The notes under the pieces: model-generated
Told to the model about the DNA's origin: nothing
Database searches by the model: none
The model's input: the letters and a program-made list of their open reading frames with translations, nothing else
Origin: Planctomycetota bacterium
GTDB lineage: Bacteria; Planctomycetota; B15-G4; SIAN01
Direction of reading: 5' to 3'
Length of the DNA: 64,000 nt
Assembly: GCA_028289345.1 (NCBI GenBank)
Contig: JANQQL010000047.1
Location: 57,454-121,453 of the forward strand
Program-made: the position numbers and the translations under genes
Shown here: positions 27,797 through 37,779 of the stretch, one piece after another
How positions within the stretch are numbered: the first letter of the stretch is position 1
Layout: each line of letters starts with the position of its first letter

Positions 27797-30735
27797 TGGT
27801 CGATTCCAACAACCCGTGCGACGAGCTGTTTCGACATGCGGGATTCGTGAAGCACCTGGCGCGAGACCTGCGCAGCGACCCAAACTCTTCGGACGACCTG
27901 GTGCAGGACACGTGGGTGGTTGCCCTGCAGTCCCCGCCGAGTTCCACCACCGGCGTCAAAGGATGGCTCAAGCAGGTGTGCCGTCGCTTGGCGATTCGGG
28001 AAGGGCGAACCCAGGAACGACGGTTGCGCCGGGAGCAAGCCACGGCTTCTCACGAACTCTCCCGAACAACGGTCGAAGAATGCGCCTGGCGCGAAACTCT
28101 CCGTCAAGTGACGGATTGTGTGCTGGCCCTCTCGGAGCCCAACCGTCAGGTCATTCTGTTGCACTACTACGAAGGCCTTTCGCCCGAAGCGATTGCCAAT
28201 CGACTGGAGGTATCTCGTGCCACGATCTACTCGCGGTTGAGTCGCGGCCTCGAACAACTTCGTCACGCGCTCGATCAAAAGAACCGGGGAAACCGGAGCG
28301 CGTGGGTGCAAGCGCTCGCTCCCCTCACTCTGGATCTCCCCACTCGGAGAAGATCCACGGACAGCGATTCGACGACGCTGTCCATTGGGAGAGTGTGGGT
28401 CGGGGTCGCGCTCTCGGGACTACTTGTCGCAACCGGAGTTTGGTGGTGGCGAGACGGCAAACTCGGAGACACGGGTGACGGGCCACCATCGCCCTCGTCG
28501 TTCATCAGTGAGACCCGAACCAACACCCAAAGCGTCGAGAAAAGCGACCAAAGGCTCGAGGCCCCCGTTCGAGAACTCGCTTCCTCCAAAGCGGCGACCG
28601 GGGACTCGCGACAAGTCGAATCCCCTCCTGTTCCTCGAGAAGACGAGGCTTCCGCGCGCACGGTGGTGCGAATGGTGTGGCAAGACGACGGCACTCCCCT
28701 TGGTGATCGCTGGGTCCAGATCGTTCCCCGGAAACCCAGCGCCGCGGAGTTTCCGGCTTTGAAGACCGACGACCAGGGAGAGCTTCCTCTTCCTGACGGG
28801 GGAGCCGACATTCTTGCTTTGGTCGATCCAGTCGCTCACCAAACTCTGAAGCTGCCCGAGCACCCCGCCGCCTTCGACACCATCCGTTGGGAAATCCCGG
28901 CGGGCTTGGACGTGTCAGGAACCGTCGCCGACATCCGGGGACATCCCGTCGGCAAGGCAAGCATTTGGATTGGTCATCCGGAACGGACGTTGCCGCCGGT
29001 TTTGGTCGATGTTTCGCACGCCCAGGGAGAGTTTCATTTGCGAGGAGTGGCTCCGGAGTCTCGCTTGTGCGCGATGGCGTCGGGCTATCAGGCGTCTCGC
29101 TTTCAAAGTGTCGAGGGAATTCCAGGATCTTCCGTCCGCGCCACGGTGATCCTCGCCCCGGGTTGCGGAGTGCTGACCGGCCAGGTGCTCGATGAATCGG
29201 GACGCCCGGTCCCCGGGGCCAGGATTCGGATGAAAGGGCGACATGAAGCCGACCTTTATCGGTTCGATGGAGTCGCACTCCACGATCTACCTCCCTGGGA
29301 AACACGAGCCGACTCAAAGGGGCGCTATCGCTTTGACTCCCTGGTCCCGGGCCCAGTGCAGCTCGTGGTGACCGCCCCCGGCTATGCCCCGACGGCCATG
29401 CAGCGGCAGCTTCCGCGTCAACAGTCGGAACAGGATCTCGTTTTGACCAAAGGAGTCTGCATCTCCGGACAAGTCCAAGACCTGTCCGGTGCCCCCGTGG
29501 CGGACGCGGTGATCGAGATGCGAGACACCAAGTCTCCCTGGCAGCAAATGGTTCGCGTCGATGCCGCGGGTACGTACGAGCTTCTGCACTTGCCGAACAG
29601 CGCGCAGCTTGTTGTTCGCAGCCCCTCGGCCGGAGTGGCACGGCGACTGATTGCGGAAGGATCCGGGCGGGATCGAACTTGGAATCCGGTTCTCCATCCA
29701 GGCAGAACAGTGCATGGCCGGCTGCAAGACTCTTCGGGTCAACCTCTGGGTGGTCGGACGATTCACGCCGTGGGCAACGTGCCGAGGGGGGACCAGCGGT
29801 CGCTGTGGAGCAGTCAGGCTCGGACCGATGCAACCGGTGAGTTTCGCCTTCTCGGGTGTCCCGATGAGCCGCTCCAGCTGGAGATCCTACGTCACGTTCA
29901 AATCGGCGACATCGAACTGGCCGTTCGAATCGAACCAAACGATCCCATGCCATTGACCTTGGTCCTGGAGCCGACCCAAACACCGAGTGCGTGGATTCGC
30001 GGCTTTCTGGTCGATCCCGCGGGGCAACCGATCGTTGGCAGAGTCGAGGGGTTCTCCCACGGCCTCACCGCGGGAAGCACACTCTTCCAGGAAGCCACCA
30101 CGGATTCTCGCGGTCACTTCCTGCTCGGTCCCCTCGCTCCCGGGCTCTGGCAACTCCGCGCCCGCCGCCACCATGGACCTCTCGTCTCCCTGTCCCGGAT
30201 CAACGTCGGATCCGGAGAAACGGTCGATCTGGGCAAGTCGCTCGTTGAGTTCTCGGGATGGCTGGAGATCCGAACAGAACGGCCCAGGGAGCCGGTTTTC
30301 GAACGGTTTCAAGTCATCGGCAATGGCAACCTGCAAAACCATGCCATCTCACAGGACCGAATCGCCCTTTCTCCCGGCGAGTACACGGTCACCTTGTGGG
30401 GACGCAACACCGCGCTCGTCACCCATGAAGTCACGATCGCACCGCAACAGCTGACCACCCTCGACGTCCGGGGAACTGCGGGCACGCTGTGTCGCTTTCG
30501 GTTTCAGATTGCTGAAGGGAGGATCTCCCACACAATCGGATTCTCTCTCTTCTCCGGGGACCGACTACTTGGTCACTGGTGGCACTCGGTCCAGGAATCC
30601 AAGACCCGCGAGCAACGCTTGTCACCGGGCTCCTACGACCTCGAAATCCATGGAACCGGCCGCCCCACCTTTCGCCGGAGGGTGGAAGTGCGTCCGGGAC
30701 AGCCAGAGCTCACCGAACAGCTCGTCATCGAGTGA
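27796..30735 (+). CDS. ECF sigma factor fused via a TM helix to carboxypeptidase regulatory-like (Ig-like) repeats
   Basis: sigma2 (DDLVQDTW...GWLKQV) and sigma4 (LSEPNRQVILLHYYEGL...TIYSRLSRG); TM VWVGVALSGLLVATGVWWW; repeats GxVxDxxGxPVxGA...TDxxGxFxL; TGATG overlap with the selN stop. Confidence 0.88.
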   Translation: MVDSNNPCDELFRHAGFVKHLARDLRSDPNSSDDLVQDTWVVALQSPPSSTTGVKGWLKQVCRRLAIREGRTQERRLRREQATASHELSRTTVEECAWRETLRQVTDCVLALSEPNRQVILLHYYEGLSPEAIANRLEVSRATIYSRLSRGLEQLRHALDQKNRGNRSAWVQALAPLTLDLPTRRRSTDSDSTTLSIGRVWVGVALSGLLVATGVWWWRDGKLGDTGDGPPSPSSFISETRTNTQSVEKSDQRLEAPVRELASSKAATGDSRQVESPPVPREDEASARTVVRMVWQDDGTPLGDRWVQIVPRKPSAAEFPALKTDDQGELPLPDGGADILALVDPVAHQTLKLPEHPAAFDTIRWEIPAGLDVSGTVADIRGHPVGKASIWIGHPERTLPPVLVDVSHAQGEFHLRGVAPESRLCAMASGYQASRFQSVEGIPGSSVRATVILAPGCGVLTGQVLDESGRPVPGARIRMKGRHEADLYRFDGVALHDLPPWETRADSKGRYRFDSLVPGPVQLVVTAPGYAPTAMQRQLPRQQSEQDLVLTKGVCISGQVQDLSGAPVADAVIEMRDTKSPWQQMVRVDAAGTYELLHLPNSAQLVVRSPSAGVARRLIAEGSGRDRTWNPVLHPGRTVHGRLQDSSGQPLGGRTIHAVGNVPRGDQRSLWSSQARTDATGEFRLLGCPDEPLQLEILRHVQIGDIELAVRIEPNDPMPLTLVLEPTQTPSAWIRGFLVDPAGQPIVGRVEGFSHGLTAGSTLFQEATTDSRGHFLLGPLAPGLWQLRARRHHGPLVSLSRINVGSGETVDLGKSLVEFSGWLEIRTERPREPVFERFQVIGNGNLQNHAISQDRIALSPGEYTVTLWGRNTALVTHEVTIAPQQLTTLDVRGTAGTLCRFRFQIAEGRISHTIGFSLFSGDRLLGHWWHSVQESKTREQRLSPGSYDLEIHGTGRPTFRRRVEVRPGQPELTEQLVIE

Positions 30736-30773
30736 CTCGAGGAAAGAACCCGCGGGACCGGGAACACGGTGTC

Positions 30774-30803
30774 CCTCGACCGGCACCCCGCCTTCGGTCG
30801 AGG
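30774..30803. terminator. Hairpin between convergent genes (possible terminator)
   Basis: CCTCGACCG...CGGTCGAGG 9-bp inverted repeat; no clear U-tract. Confidence 0.3.
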
Positions 30804-30852
30804 CAACGAAACGGCGTTTGTCCGCCACAATCTCAGAGCCGAGGAAACAGCT

Positions 30853-31107
30853 TCATGACACCGATTCGTCCGCGGCCAGTGCCAGCTTCGACGAGTGCAC
30901 GAGCCAGTACCCCACCGCCAAGAGGGGACCACCAATCAAGGTTGCCGCGGTCCACACAAGTGGATTCGCAAAGCAAAGCGTTCGATCTTTGGCATCCTGA
31001 AACACGCCGACGGCAAACACGATGTGGACGATGACATTGGTCACCCACAGAGCAATTCGCAATCCAATGAAACCTCCCACCGCGTCGTAGAACAACACTT
31101 CTCCCAT
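30853..31107 (-). CDS. Small membrane protein
   Basis: Two hydrophobic segments, WTAATLIGG; RBS GGAGGG. Confidence 0.6.
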   Translation of the reverse strand: MGEVLFYDAVGGFIGLRIALWVTNVIVHIVFAVGVFQDAKDRTLCFANPLVWTAATLIGGPLLAVGYWLVHSSKLALAADESVS

Positions 31108-31214
31108 GGGCCCCCTCCCTGATCTTTCTTTCCAGAAACGAGTGCGTCACTCGTTGGCACTTGCTCCTGTCACAGAATGCTTCTGTCCTTCTACGGTTGC
31201 CTCCGAGGATTGAT

Positions 31215-31967
31215 TCAAGTCCAGCCAATCATGACCAGGAACACAAGTATGTCCGCGACCACATGGGCGAGGAACGGCGCCAGGATTCCTCGCGCGGCAT
31301 GAGCGAGCCCGCCGAGAGCGAAACCGTAGAGAAAGGTCAGACTGGCTCCCTCGAGTCCATCTGGCACCGATGGCGGTCGATAGTGCAGCGCACCAAAGGC
31401 AAGGGCTTGCACAAGAATCGCCACCCCGGGCTTGGAGAAACTAGCCTGAAGAGCGCGAAGTGAGAGGCCGCGGAAAACGAGTTCCTCCATCGCCGCGTTG
31501 GTGATGGCAAACATCACCCCCGCAAACACCGCCTCGGTCATTGTCAGACCAGCGAATCCATGGCTCCCTGGCTCCGCGTTGGAAAGCGTTGCCCAGAGGA
31601 GGAACACAATCGCGGAAAGAGTGGTGATGGCAACGGTCAGTAGCTTCACACCCGCCGCCATCGACCCCAGCGATGCCCATGACGACACGGGCGCGGCACC
31701 GCGAACCGTACCACAGTAGAAGACAGCACCCGCCAATGGGATCAACCAATGGAGTGGCCACGAATCCAGCCGCGGAGTCACGATCTTGAGTGCCATGAGC
31801 AAAGCAACGAACAGGCACCAAGGCGAAACCAGGGAGTGCCGACGAATCAGTGCCGTTCCGGCAACTGCCACGGCCATCCCGAACAGCCACGGTTCGGCCC
31901 ATGGCGGCGCAAACCCAAAAGCAGTCAAGAAGATCGTTGAAGCCGGAGCCAGGAGACGCCTACTCAA
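31215..31967 (-). CDS. CPBP/Abi family intramembrane glutamic endopeptidase
   Basis: NAAMEELVFRG, FGALHY, AHVVAD motifs; multi-TM; start (TTG 31967) uncertain. Confidence 0.85.
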   Translation of the reverse strand: MSRRLLAPASTIFLTAFGFAPPWAEPWLFGMAVAVAGTALIRRHSLVSPWCLFVALLMALKIVTPRLDSWPLHWLIPLAGAVFYCGTVRGAAPVSSWASLGSMAAGVKLLTVAITTLSAIVFLLWATLSNAEPGSHGFAGLTMTEAVFAGVMFAITNAAMEELVFRGLSLRALQASFSKPGVAILVQALAFGALHYRPPSVPDGLEGASLTFLYGFALGGLAHAARGILAPFLAHVVADILVFLVMIGWT

Positions 31968-32904
31968 AACTCGCCAGCTCCTGTTCGATGCCCTTCCATC
32001 CCGCCTCAATCTCCTCCTCATCGCTCTCGGCAGTTCTGTCCAGAGTCCAGTTCAACGCCTCGAGAAAGAACCATTGTCGAACCGTCTCCATCGACCAGGG
32101 GCCGCTGTCGTAGGCGCGCATCACCGACTCGCAAATCGACAATCCGAAGTCTTCGTACAAGTCGATGAAGTCTCGAGCCGGGTGTCCGACCGCCAAGTCG
32201 CCGAAATCGATGACGCCTGCCAAGCCACCGGTGTCTTCGTTGAACAGGAGGTGTCCCGGCGCGATGTCGCGGTGAATCAGACTCGTCGGTGTTTCCGAGG
32301 AGGTGGTCAGGGCCCACGCCCCGAGCAGGCTTGTCAGCCGAGTGTGAGTGCTCGGGTCGATCCAAGGACAGGCGGTCTCTTCAAGTCGCTGCCGCAGCTG
32401 TTCCGCCAGCCATCGAGCGCTGATCCTCGTCACGCCGGCATCGAGTCCTACGGAAACCGGAATCTTGTGCAACGCCCGGAGAAACGCCGCGGTGTCGCGA
32501 GCCAACGTCCGTTGTCCCTCGGAGTCCAGCGAACTCCATCTCTCCCGGGTGATCGGCACTCCAACAACCTCTCGATGGGTCGTAAATGGCGGACACCCGA
32601 CCGGCGTATGAAAGTTCAGTCGAGGGACGGGACACGGAAGTTGATCCGCGATTTGTTCGAGAACTGCCGTCTCGCGTCTCAACGCCGCGGCGGCTTCCGC
32701 ATGCCGTGCCAAGCGAACCACGATCGTTCCCAACCGGAACGCGAGACAGAAGTCCCCTCGGCCATAGGCCTCCACCTCGCCGGCTCTCCCGCCGAATTCT
32801 TTCGCGAGGAGTCGAGCTCCCGAGGCGTGGTCCAGATCCGGCCATTGCCAAGAACGGGATGAGCCACCCGGTTCTCTGCTCTCGCGATTCTGCCGGGCCG
32901 TCAG
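31960..32904 (-). CDS. Aminoglycoside phosphotransferase (APH) family kinase
   Basis: GRGDF, LRRE, FLRALH, LIHRDIAPGHLL, GVIDFGD...GHPARDF; 5' end uncertain (the ORF extension overlaps DUF1772). Confidence 0.8.
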   Translation of the reverse strand: MTARQNRESREPGGSSRSWQWPDLDHASGARLLAKEFGGRAGEVEAYGRGDFCLAFRLGTIVVRLARHAEAAAALRRETAVLEQIADQLPCPVPRLNFHTPVGCPPFTTHREVVGVPITRERWSSLDSEGQRTLARDTAAFLRALHKIPVSVGLDAGVTRISARWLAEQLRQRLEETACPWIDPSTHTRLTSLLGAWALTTSSETPTSLIHRDIAPGHLLFNEDTGGLAGVIDFGDLAVGHPARDFIDLYEDFGLSICESVMRAYDSGPWSMETVRQWFFLEALNWTLDRTAESDEEEIEAGWKGIEQELASFE

Positions 32905-33404
32905 GACTCGCCCCCCTCCACCAGGCGAATCAGCGCGATCAAGAACAACACGGTGGAAAACAACGTCGCCACCGACCGAACGTGGTTCCAGCGTACCCAA
33001 GTGGACAGGTAGCGCTTCCAGATCGCATGCCCTTCTTCGGTCTCCCCATTCACCGCGGCCAGGCGATTGTTCCAGGGAACGTTGAAGACAATGGTCACCC
33101 CGACGCAACCCACGACATAGGTCAAGGTCGCTGCCAGGGCCCAGGGCTTCGACTCCGGGCGCCAGGCATTTCCTCCGAACACCACGGCAGCCAATCCAAC
33201 GGCACCGGTACCCATGAAGATGATCAGAAACGAAGGACGCACGATGACAAGGTTGATGGACTGCATCGCCTGGATCCCGGAAGCCAGCGGAATCCTCGAC
33301 AGCGCACGCATGAGGAAGCTCGAGAAAGAGCAAAACAGACCCGCCATCATCCCCGAACCCAAGCAAAGGGCGACCAGGGTGGCGACCAGCGCCTCATGAG
33401 TCAT
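32901..33404 (-). CDS. DUF1772 / anthrone oxygenase family membrane protein
   Basis: AGLFCSFSSFLMRAL, GIQAMQSIN, VTIVFNVPWNNRLA, WVRWNHVR. Confidence 0.88.
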   Translation of the reverse strand: MTHEALVATLVALCLGSGMMAGLFCSFSSFLMRALSRIPLASGIQAMQSINLVIVRPSFLIIFMGTGAVGLAAVVFGGNAWRPESKPWALAATLTYVVGCVGVTIVFNVPWNNRLAAVNGETEEGHAIWKRYLSTWVRWNHVRSVATLFSTVLFLIALIRLVEGGES

Positions 33405-33873
33405 TGGCTTTCGTCCTTTCGCAGGCCAGGTGCCGCACCATGATCAGGCACGGATTCTCCGGACCCCAGAGAGTGGTTTCTTCCAGAGGCACGAAGCCGA
33501 CCTTGCGGTAGAAACCCCGAGTCCGTGCGTAAGCCTCACTCGGATGTGATGATCCAATGGTCTTGACTTGAACGAACTCAATGGACTCCCGGCGTAGCTC
33601 GCCGAACACGTGTTCGACAAGTCGCCGGCCGTTTCCTTCACCGTGATGTTTCCTCTCTACCGCGACGATATCGATTTCGGCAGCCAACGCCCCGAATCGC
33701 TCGATCGCTAGGAATCCCACCACTCGCCCCGAGCGCTCGACGACCCAGGTCTCCAACCGCGACAAAGCAGCGATGTAGCCCAGGATTGCCTTCTCTTTCC
33801 CGAACCACTCCGGCAAGCCGCGCAAGATGTCTTCGCAAACGCTTTCCTCGCCGGACTGGAACTTACGAATCAC
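33394..33873 (-). CDS. GNAT family N-acetyltransferase
   Basis: ILRGLPEWFG, AVERKHHGEGNGRRL, QVKT, YARTRGFYRKVGF. Confidence 0.88.
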   Translation of the reverse strand: MIRKFQSGEESVCEDILRGLPEWFGKEKAILGYIAALSRLETWVVERSGRVVGFLAIERFGALAAEIDIVAVERKHHGEGNGRRLVEHVFGELRRESIEFVQVKTIGSSHPSEAYARTRGFYRKVGFVPLEETTLWGPENPCLIMVRHLACERTKANDS

Positions 33874-33971
33874 GATCGGTGGACCTCACTTTCGTTCCAG
33901 GGTTCAGTGCTTGGCGAACTCGTTGCGATTGTTCGAACACCTTCTCACTCAGCGAGCGGAATCAGTGTCTT

Positions 33972-34361
33972 TCAAACCCCGCCGTCTAGAAACTCCAGAG
34001 AGTACTTGGTGCTTCGCTTCCTCCAAGGAATGAGAGCCTTCTTCTCCACCGATTTCATGCGAGTTGGCTTACGAACCAGAGACTCGATGAGACTCTGAAT
34101 CTCGTCCCGTCGGTCGATGATGCTCTGTTCTTCCGTCGGTTCCCAGTGATCGCACCAGTCTTCGAGAATGGCACGATCGTCCCCTTCCGCTCGAATAGAG
34201 ACAAACCACTCGAAGATCCCTTCGGGGATGCAAATCTCAATGATCCACGCGGGAGGCACCTTGACCTCGGCAACGGTCGCCTCCCCCTGACGGGTCAATC
34301 GAATTCGACCGGTCTTTGCGTAGCCCTGGAGCACCTTCGTCAGTTCCGGATCATTCATCAT
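33972..34361 (-). CDS. Hypothetical protein
   Basis: 129-aa ORF co-oriented with neighbours and with protein-like composition; no family recognised. Confidence 0.5.
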   Translation of the reverse strand: MMNDPELTKVLQGYAKTGRIRLTRQGEATVAEVKVPPAWIIEICIPEGIFEWFVSIRAEGDDRAILEDWCDHWEPTEEQSIIDRRDEIQSLIESLVRKPTRMKSVEKKALIPWRKRSTKYSLEFLDGGV

Positions 34362-34525
34362 CGGACAGTGTTCGGAGTCGACTCGATGGAAGGTCGCGAG
34401 GCTCTCGACTGGAATTGGGAGTCAAGAGAAAGTTCCCAGAGACGGCTCTCCTGGGGAGAGCGCATCCCTGGGAACAGGGGATCGAACAAGCTCTGGGTCG
34501 CGTGAAGTCTCGCCGCGACCCGCGA

Positions 34526-37516
34526 CTACCTCACTGCCAAGGAGATGCTCTGGCGGCCGACGCTTTCATCTGCGCTGACTCTCAGGTCGAGAGAGGTTCC
34601 GCCGTTGACGGTCACGATGCCATCGTGGGCGCCGAAGAAACGATCTCCGGGGCCGCCAATCTGCTCGTCTCCGTCGTCGTCAGAACCGGCGAAGAACCGG
34701 TACTGACCGGTCGGCAGGTTCCCGAGGTCATAGTCGAGACCGCCTTCGGGGTTGACCGTGGTTCTGGCACGCGGCTCTCCGGTCTCCGCATCCACCGCCA
34801 CCACGAACACGTCCACGTCTCCGCCCAAGGAAACCGGCGGCTCCACCATCATGTGCACGCGAATCTTGGCCTCGCCCGCGTTCAACGTGTTCACTTCGAC
34901 GGTGCCCCGATAGATACCAGGCGACAGCCCGTCTCGGGACACGTCGATCAGCAACGCTCGCTTGTCGGTCGGATCGTTCGCGTCCTGACTGGCGACCGCC
35001 TGCACCTGAAGCCAAGGCTCTCCGGTTTCCGTGTCCGCCACCGGCTCGTCCACCAGCAACAGTCCCGTGCCCTCGTTGAAGAGCGCGATCGAAGCGGAGT
35101 TCTGACCCGGTGAGAGATCCACCGTATCCCGCTCCAATCTCAAAATCGGCGCACCGGACTCTCCCTTGGCCGTCTTCACCGCCAGGAACGTATTCACCAG
35201 ACCGTGGCCGAAGTTCTCGTCTTTGCCCTTGGCGCCGATATCGGTAGCCGTTCCATAAAGGATCGCTTCGATCTCGTGGGGCAGGGCTTCGGGGTAGACG
35301 GATTTCATCAACCCGGCAACTCCCGCGACGTGAGGACTCGCCATGGAAGTGCCCATGTTCGGCGCGTAGTCAGGAACGAACGTGTCATTGTTGTAGCGAC
35401 CGTAGGTGGACCAGACTCCTCGGTCGACGAAGTTGTTGTCTTCATCGAAGATGAAATCACCGCCCGGCGCCGTGATGTCGACGCTGGAATGGTAGTTCGA
35501 ATAGAAGGCGAGCTCGCGATCTTCGTTGGTCGCAGAGACCGAAATGACACCGTCGTACACCGCTGGCCAAACGGGGATGTTCTGTTCGTCGTTGCCGGCG
35601 CCGGCCACCACCGTCACTCCGGTTGCCAGTGCCGAGTTGATCGCTTGCTCAGTCAGAGGCATCTCGCCCAGGGCGCGAAGACTCATGTTGATGACGTGGG
35701 CTGCCTGGGAAGGCGGAGAGGGGGCAGGACTCTCTTTTCCGGCGGCGTAAAGAATGGCATTGGCCACCCAGCTGTCGAGGGCGCTATTGCCCGTCGAGCC
35801 ATCGGGGAACTCGAAGACGCCGAACACGCGCAGCGGCATGATGCGACCGCTCCACATCATTCCCGCCACTCCTTCGCCGTTGTTGCTCGCGGCTCCCACC
35901 GTGCCGGCCACGTGCAGTCCATGCAGGGAACGAGTCACGTCGGTGGGATCATCGTCGACCCCATCGCCATCCAGCGAGTTCTCGACCAAGTCCACGAAGT
36001 CGAAGCCCTCGAACCAACGTTGTTCGATGTCGGGATGGGCCTCACTTCCGGAGTCGATCACCGCCACCACGACGTTGTTCTCGCCCACCGAAATGTCCCA
36101 CGCTTCCGGCGCATTGATCTGGTTGTAGTGCCAGTTCTGATTGCCAAGGAGTGCGTCATTGGGAAGACGAGTGCTGAATGCCATGCGATCCGCGCTGGCC
36201 CACTTCACCGAAGAACTGCCGTGAAGGGATGCGCTCACGCGCTGGGTCAGCCGTCGGCGATCGGTCAAGGACATGCCCGAATCGGCGGAGTAGTGAGCCT
36301 TGAGAGCTCCCAGGCCTTTCATCTTCTCGACCTGATAGCCACGGCCTTCCAGGAACTCGATGGTCGCCGATTCGTCTCCGTTCGGCTTGACGATCACGTA
36401 ACCGTCCATCGCCGGCGCCGTCGGTTGCCCAAAGGCCTGGGAGGCGCGGACCACTTGGGATTCTTGCTCGGGAGACGCCTGGCGTGTTCCGAAGCGAGCC
36501 CCCCCGGCGGCCACTCGGCTCAGGGAGGCGGCGGCGCTCAGGTTCAACTCATAGGCCAAGCGATCCGGGCCCGGGGGAAGCGGCGGAGGTCCGTCATTGA
36601 TCGGCCGGCGCGAATCCAAAGATCCATCGCTGGGTCGGTCGTCTCCCTCGTCGATCACCGGAGGAAGAGACCAGCGCACCACGATCTCCAGCGCGGTGAA
36701 GTCACCGACGTCAAAGCTACCGGCCTCGATGGCGGGCCCGGAAGTCTCGAAGTTGGCCAGCGACAAAGGATCGAACAGGTCTCGAGTCACATCGTTCACG
36801 TCCAGGTCGATGTTGTGAACTGCCGTCCCGGAGAAAATCGCCGACGTTGCCACCGAGGCTCGCTGCGGAATGACGACGACGTAGCGGTCGACGTCTTCGG
36901 TCGAGTCCAGGATTCCCGAAACCCGCTGTCCTTCGTCCACCAGGATTTCGCCGAGGTATTGGCCGGCTCCCAATTCCCCGTTCTCGAACCGCTTTTCGTC
37001 AATCAGCTCCCCTGCGGAAACTGGATCAAAGGACAGGACATAATTGGAACCTTGCAGCAACGAAGATTCCAACACGGCATAGAACGGTCCTTTGGCATGG
37101 AACGAAGTGCTGCCATCCAAAGGAATCGACTCGACGAACTGACCAGCAATCGGGTCATAGATTCGCAGGATCACACCCGAAGGATCGCCTCGGTCCAATT
37201 CGATCCGCGGCGTGATCTCCATTCGGTCGAGTGGCACGAGGAAGAACGAATCGAACACGTCGCCACCACCGGCCGTGTTCCCAAACACCTGAAGGCGCTC
37301 GTCCGTCGCGAGTCCCTCCAGGAACTGCGCCTGGTCGATGGCATCGTTCGGTTCCTGCTCGAGAGTGGAAAGAGCGGGAATCGCGATGCTCACATTGCCC
37401 GTGACTCCAGCGGTGGCACCTCCTCCACTGCCGCCACCACTGCTGCTACTCCCACCACAGGCAGGAATGCATGCGAGCGCAACAACGCTCGCCATTCGAA
37501 AACGAACCGGAAGCAT
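34526..37516 (-). CDS. S8 subtilisin-like serine protease, lipoprotein
   Basis: Lipobox IPACGG; EQEPND PPC-like domains; triad VAVIDSG / HGLHVAG / GTSMASPHVAG; C-terminal Ig/BACON-like region. Confidence 0.92.
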   Translation of the reverse strand: MLPVRFRMASVVALACIPACGGSSSSGGGSGGGATAGVTGNVSIAIPALSTLEQEPNDAIDQAQFLEGLATDERLQVFGNTAGGGDVFDSFFLVPLDRMEITPRIELDRGDPSGVILRIYDPIAGQFVESIPLDGSTSFHAKGPFYAVLESSLLQGSNYVLSFDPVSAGELIDEKRFENGELGAGQYLGEILVDEGQRVSGILDSTEDVDRYVVVIPQRASVATSAIFSGTAVHNIDLDVNDVTRDLFDPLSLANFETSGPAIEAGSFDVGDFTALEIVVRWSLPPVIDEGDDRPSDGSLDSRRPINDGPPPLPPGPDRLAYELNLSAAASLSRVAAGGARFGTRQASPEQESQVVRASQAFGQPTAPAMDGYVIVKPNGDESATIEFLEGRGYQVEKMKGLGALKAHYSADSGMSLTDRRRLTQRVSASLHGSSSVKWASADRMAFSTRLPNDALLGNQNWHYNQINAPEAWDISVGENNVVVAVIDSGSEAHPDIEQRWFEGFDFVDLVENSLDGDGVDDDPTDVTRSLHGLHVAGTVGAASNNGEGVAGMMWSGRIMPLRVFGVFEFPDGSTGNSALDSWVANAILYAAGKESPAPSPPSQAAHVINMSLRALGEMPLTEQAINSALATGVTVVAGAGNDEQNIPVWPAVYDGVISVSATNEDRELAFYSNYHSSVDITAPGGDFIFDEDNNFVDRGVWSTYGRYNNDTFVPDYAPNMGTSMASPHVAGVAGLMKSVYPEALPHEIEAILYGTATDIGAKGKDENFGHGLVNTFLAVKTAKGESGAPILRLERDTVDLSPGQNSASIALFNEGTGLLLVDEPVADTETGEPWLQVQAVASQDANDPTDKRALLIDVSRDGLSPGIYRGTVEVNTLNAGEAKIRVHMMVEPPVSLGGDVDVFVVAVDAETGEPRARTTVNPEGGLDYDLGNLPTGQYRFFAGSDDDGDEQIGGPGDRFFGAHDGIVTVNGGTSLDLRVSADESVGRQSISLAVR

Positions 37517-37779
37517 GGCAAACCCCTTGTCGTCCAGCGCAGCCCGTCGCAAACAACGAACCGCGGGCGTGCTCGCCTCGACCCCGGTTCCCAACGGTTC
37601 GTCGATTGGCGAGCGCGGCTAGTGACTGGCCCGGCTCCATGCAGCTCACGGATCGGCAAGGTGGCCGAAGCTTCGTGCGGCTTCCAGGCCAGAGACTTCC
37701 ATTTGAATCGATTCGCGCGATGAACTCCATGAGCCGCGAGAAATCGGGCGGAGTTCGCACACACGAGGAAATGCACCAG

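Noticed and set aside
30622-30855. In-frame continuation after the TGA of the small membrane protein (ESVS-TGA-SCFLG...)
   Set aside because: The extension would overlap the convergent ECF gene by over 100 nt, has no recognisable domain, and I see no convincing SECIS
31960-32904. APH-family gene as an antibiotic resistance determinant
   Set aside because: Only generic kinase motifs are visible; the substrate cannot be assigned from the sequence
35204-37723. 839-aa plus-strand ORF; likewise 7623-9248 (-), 40096-41562 (-) and 46435-47826 (-)
   Set aside because: Antisense shadows of well-supported genes, expected from GC-rich codon bias
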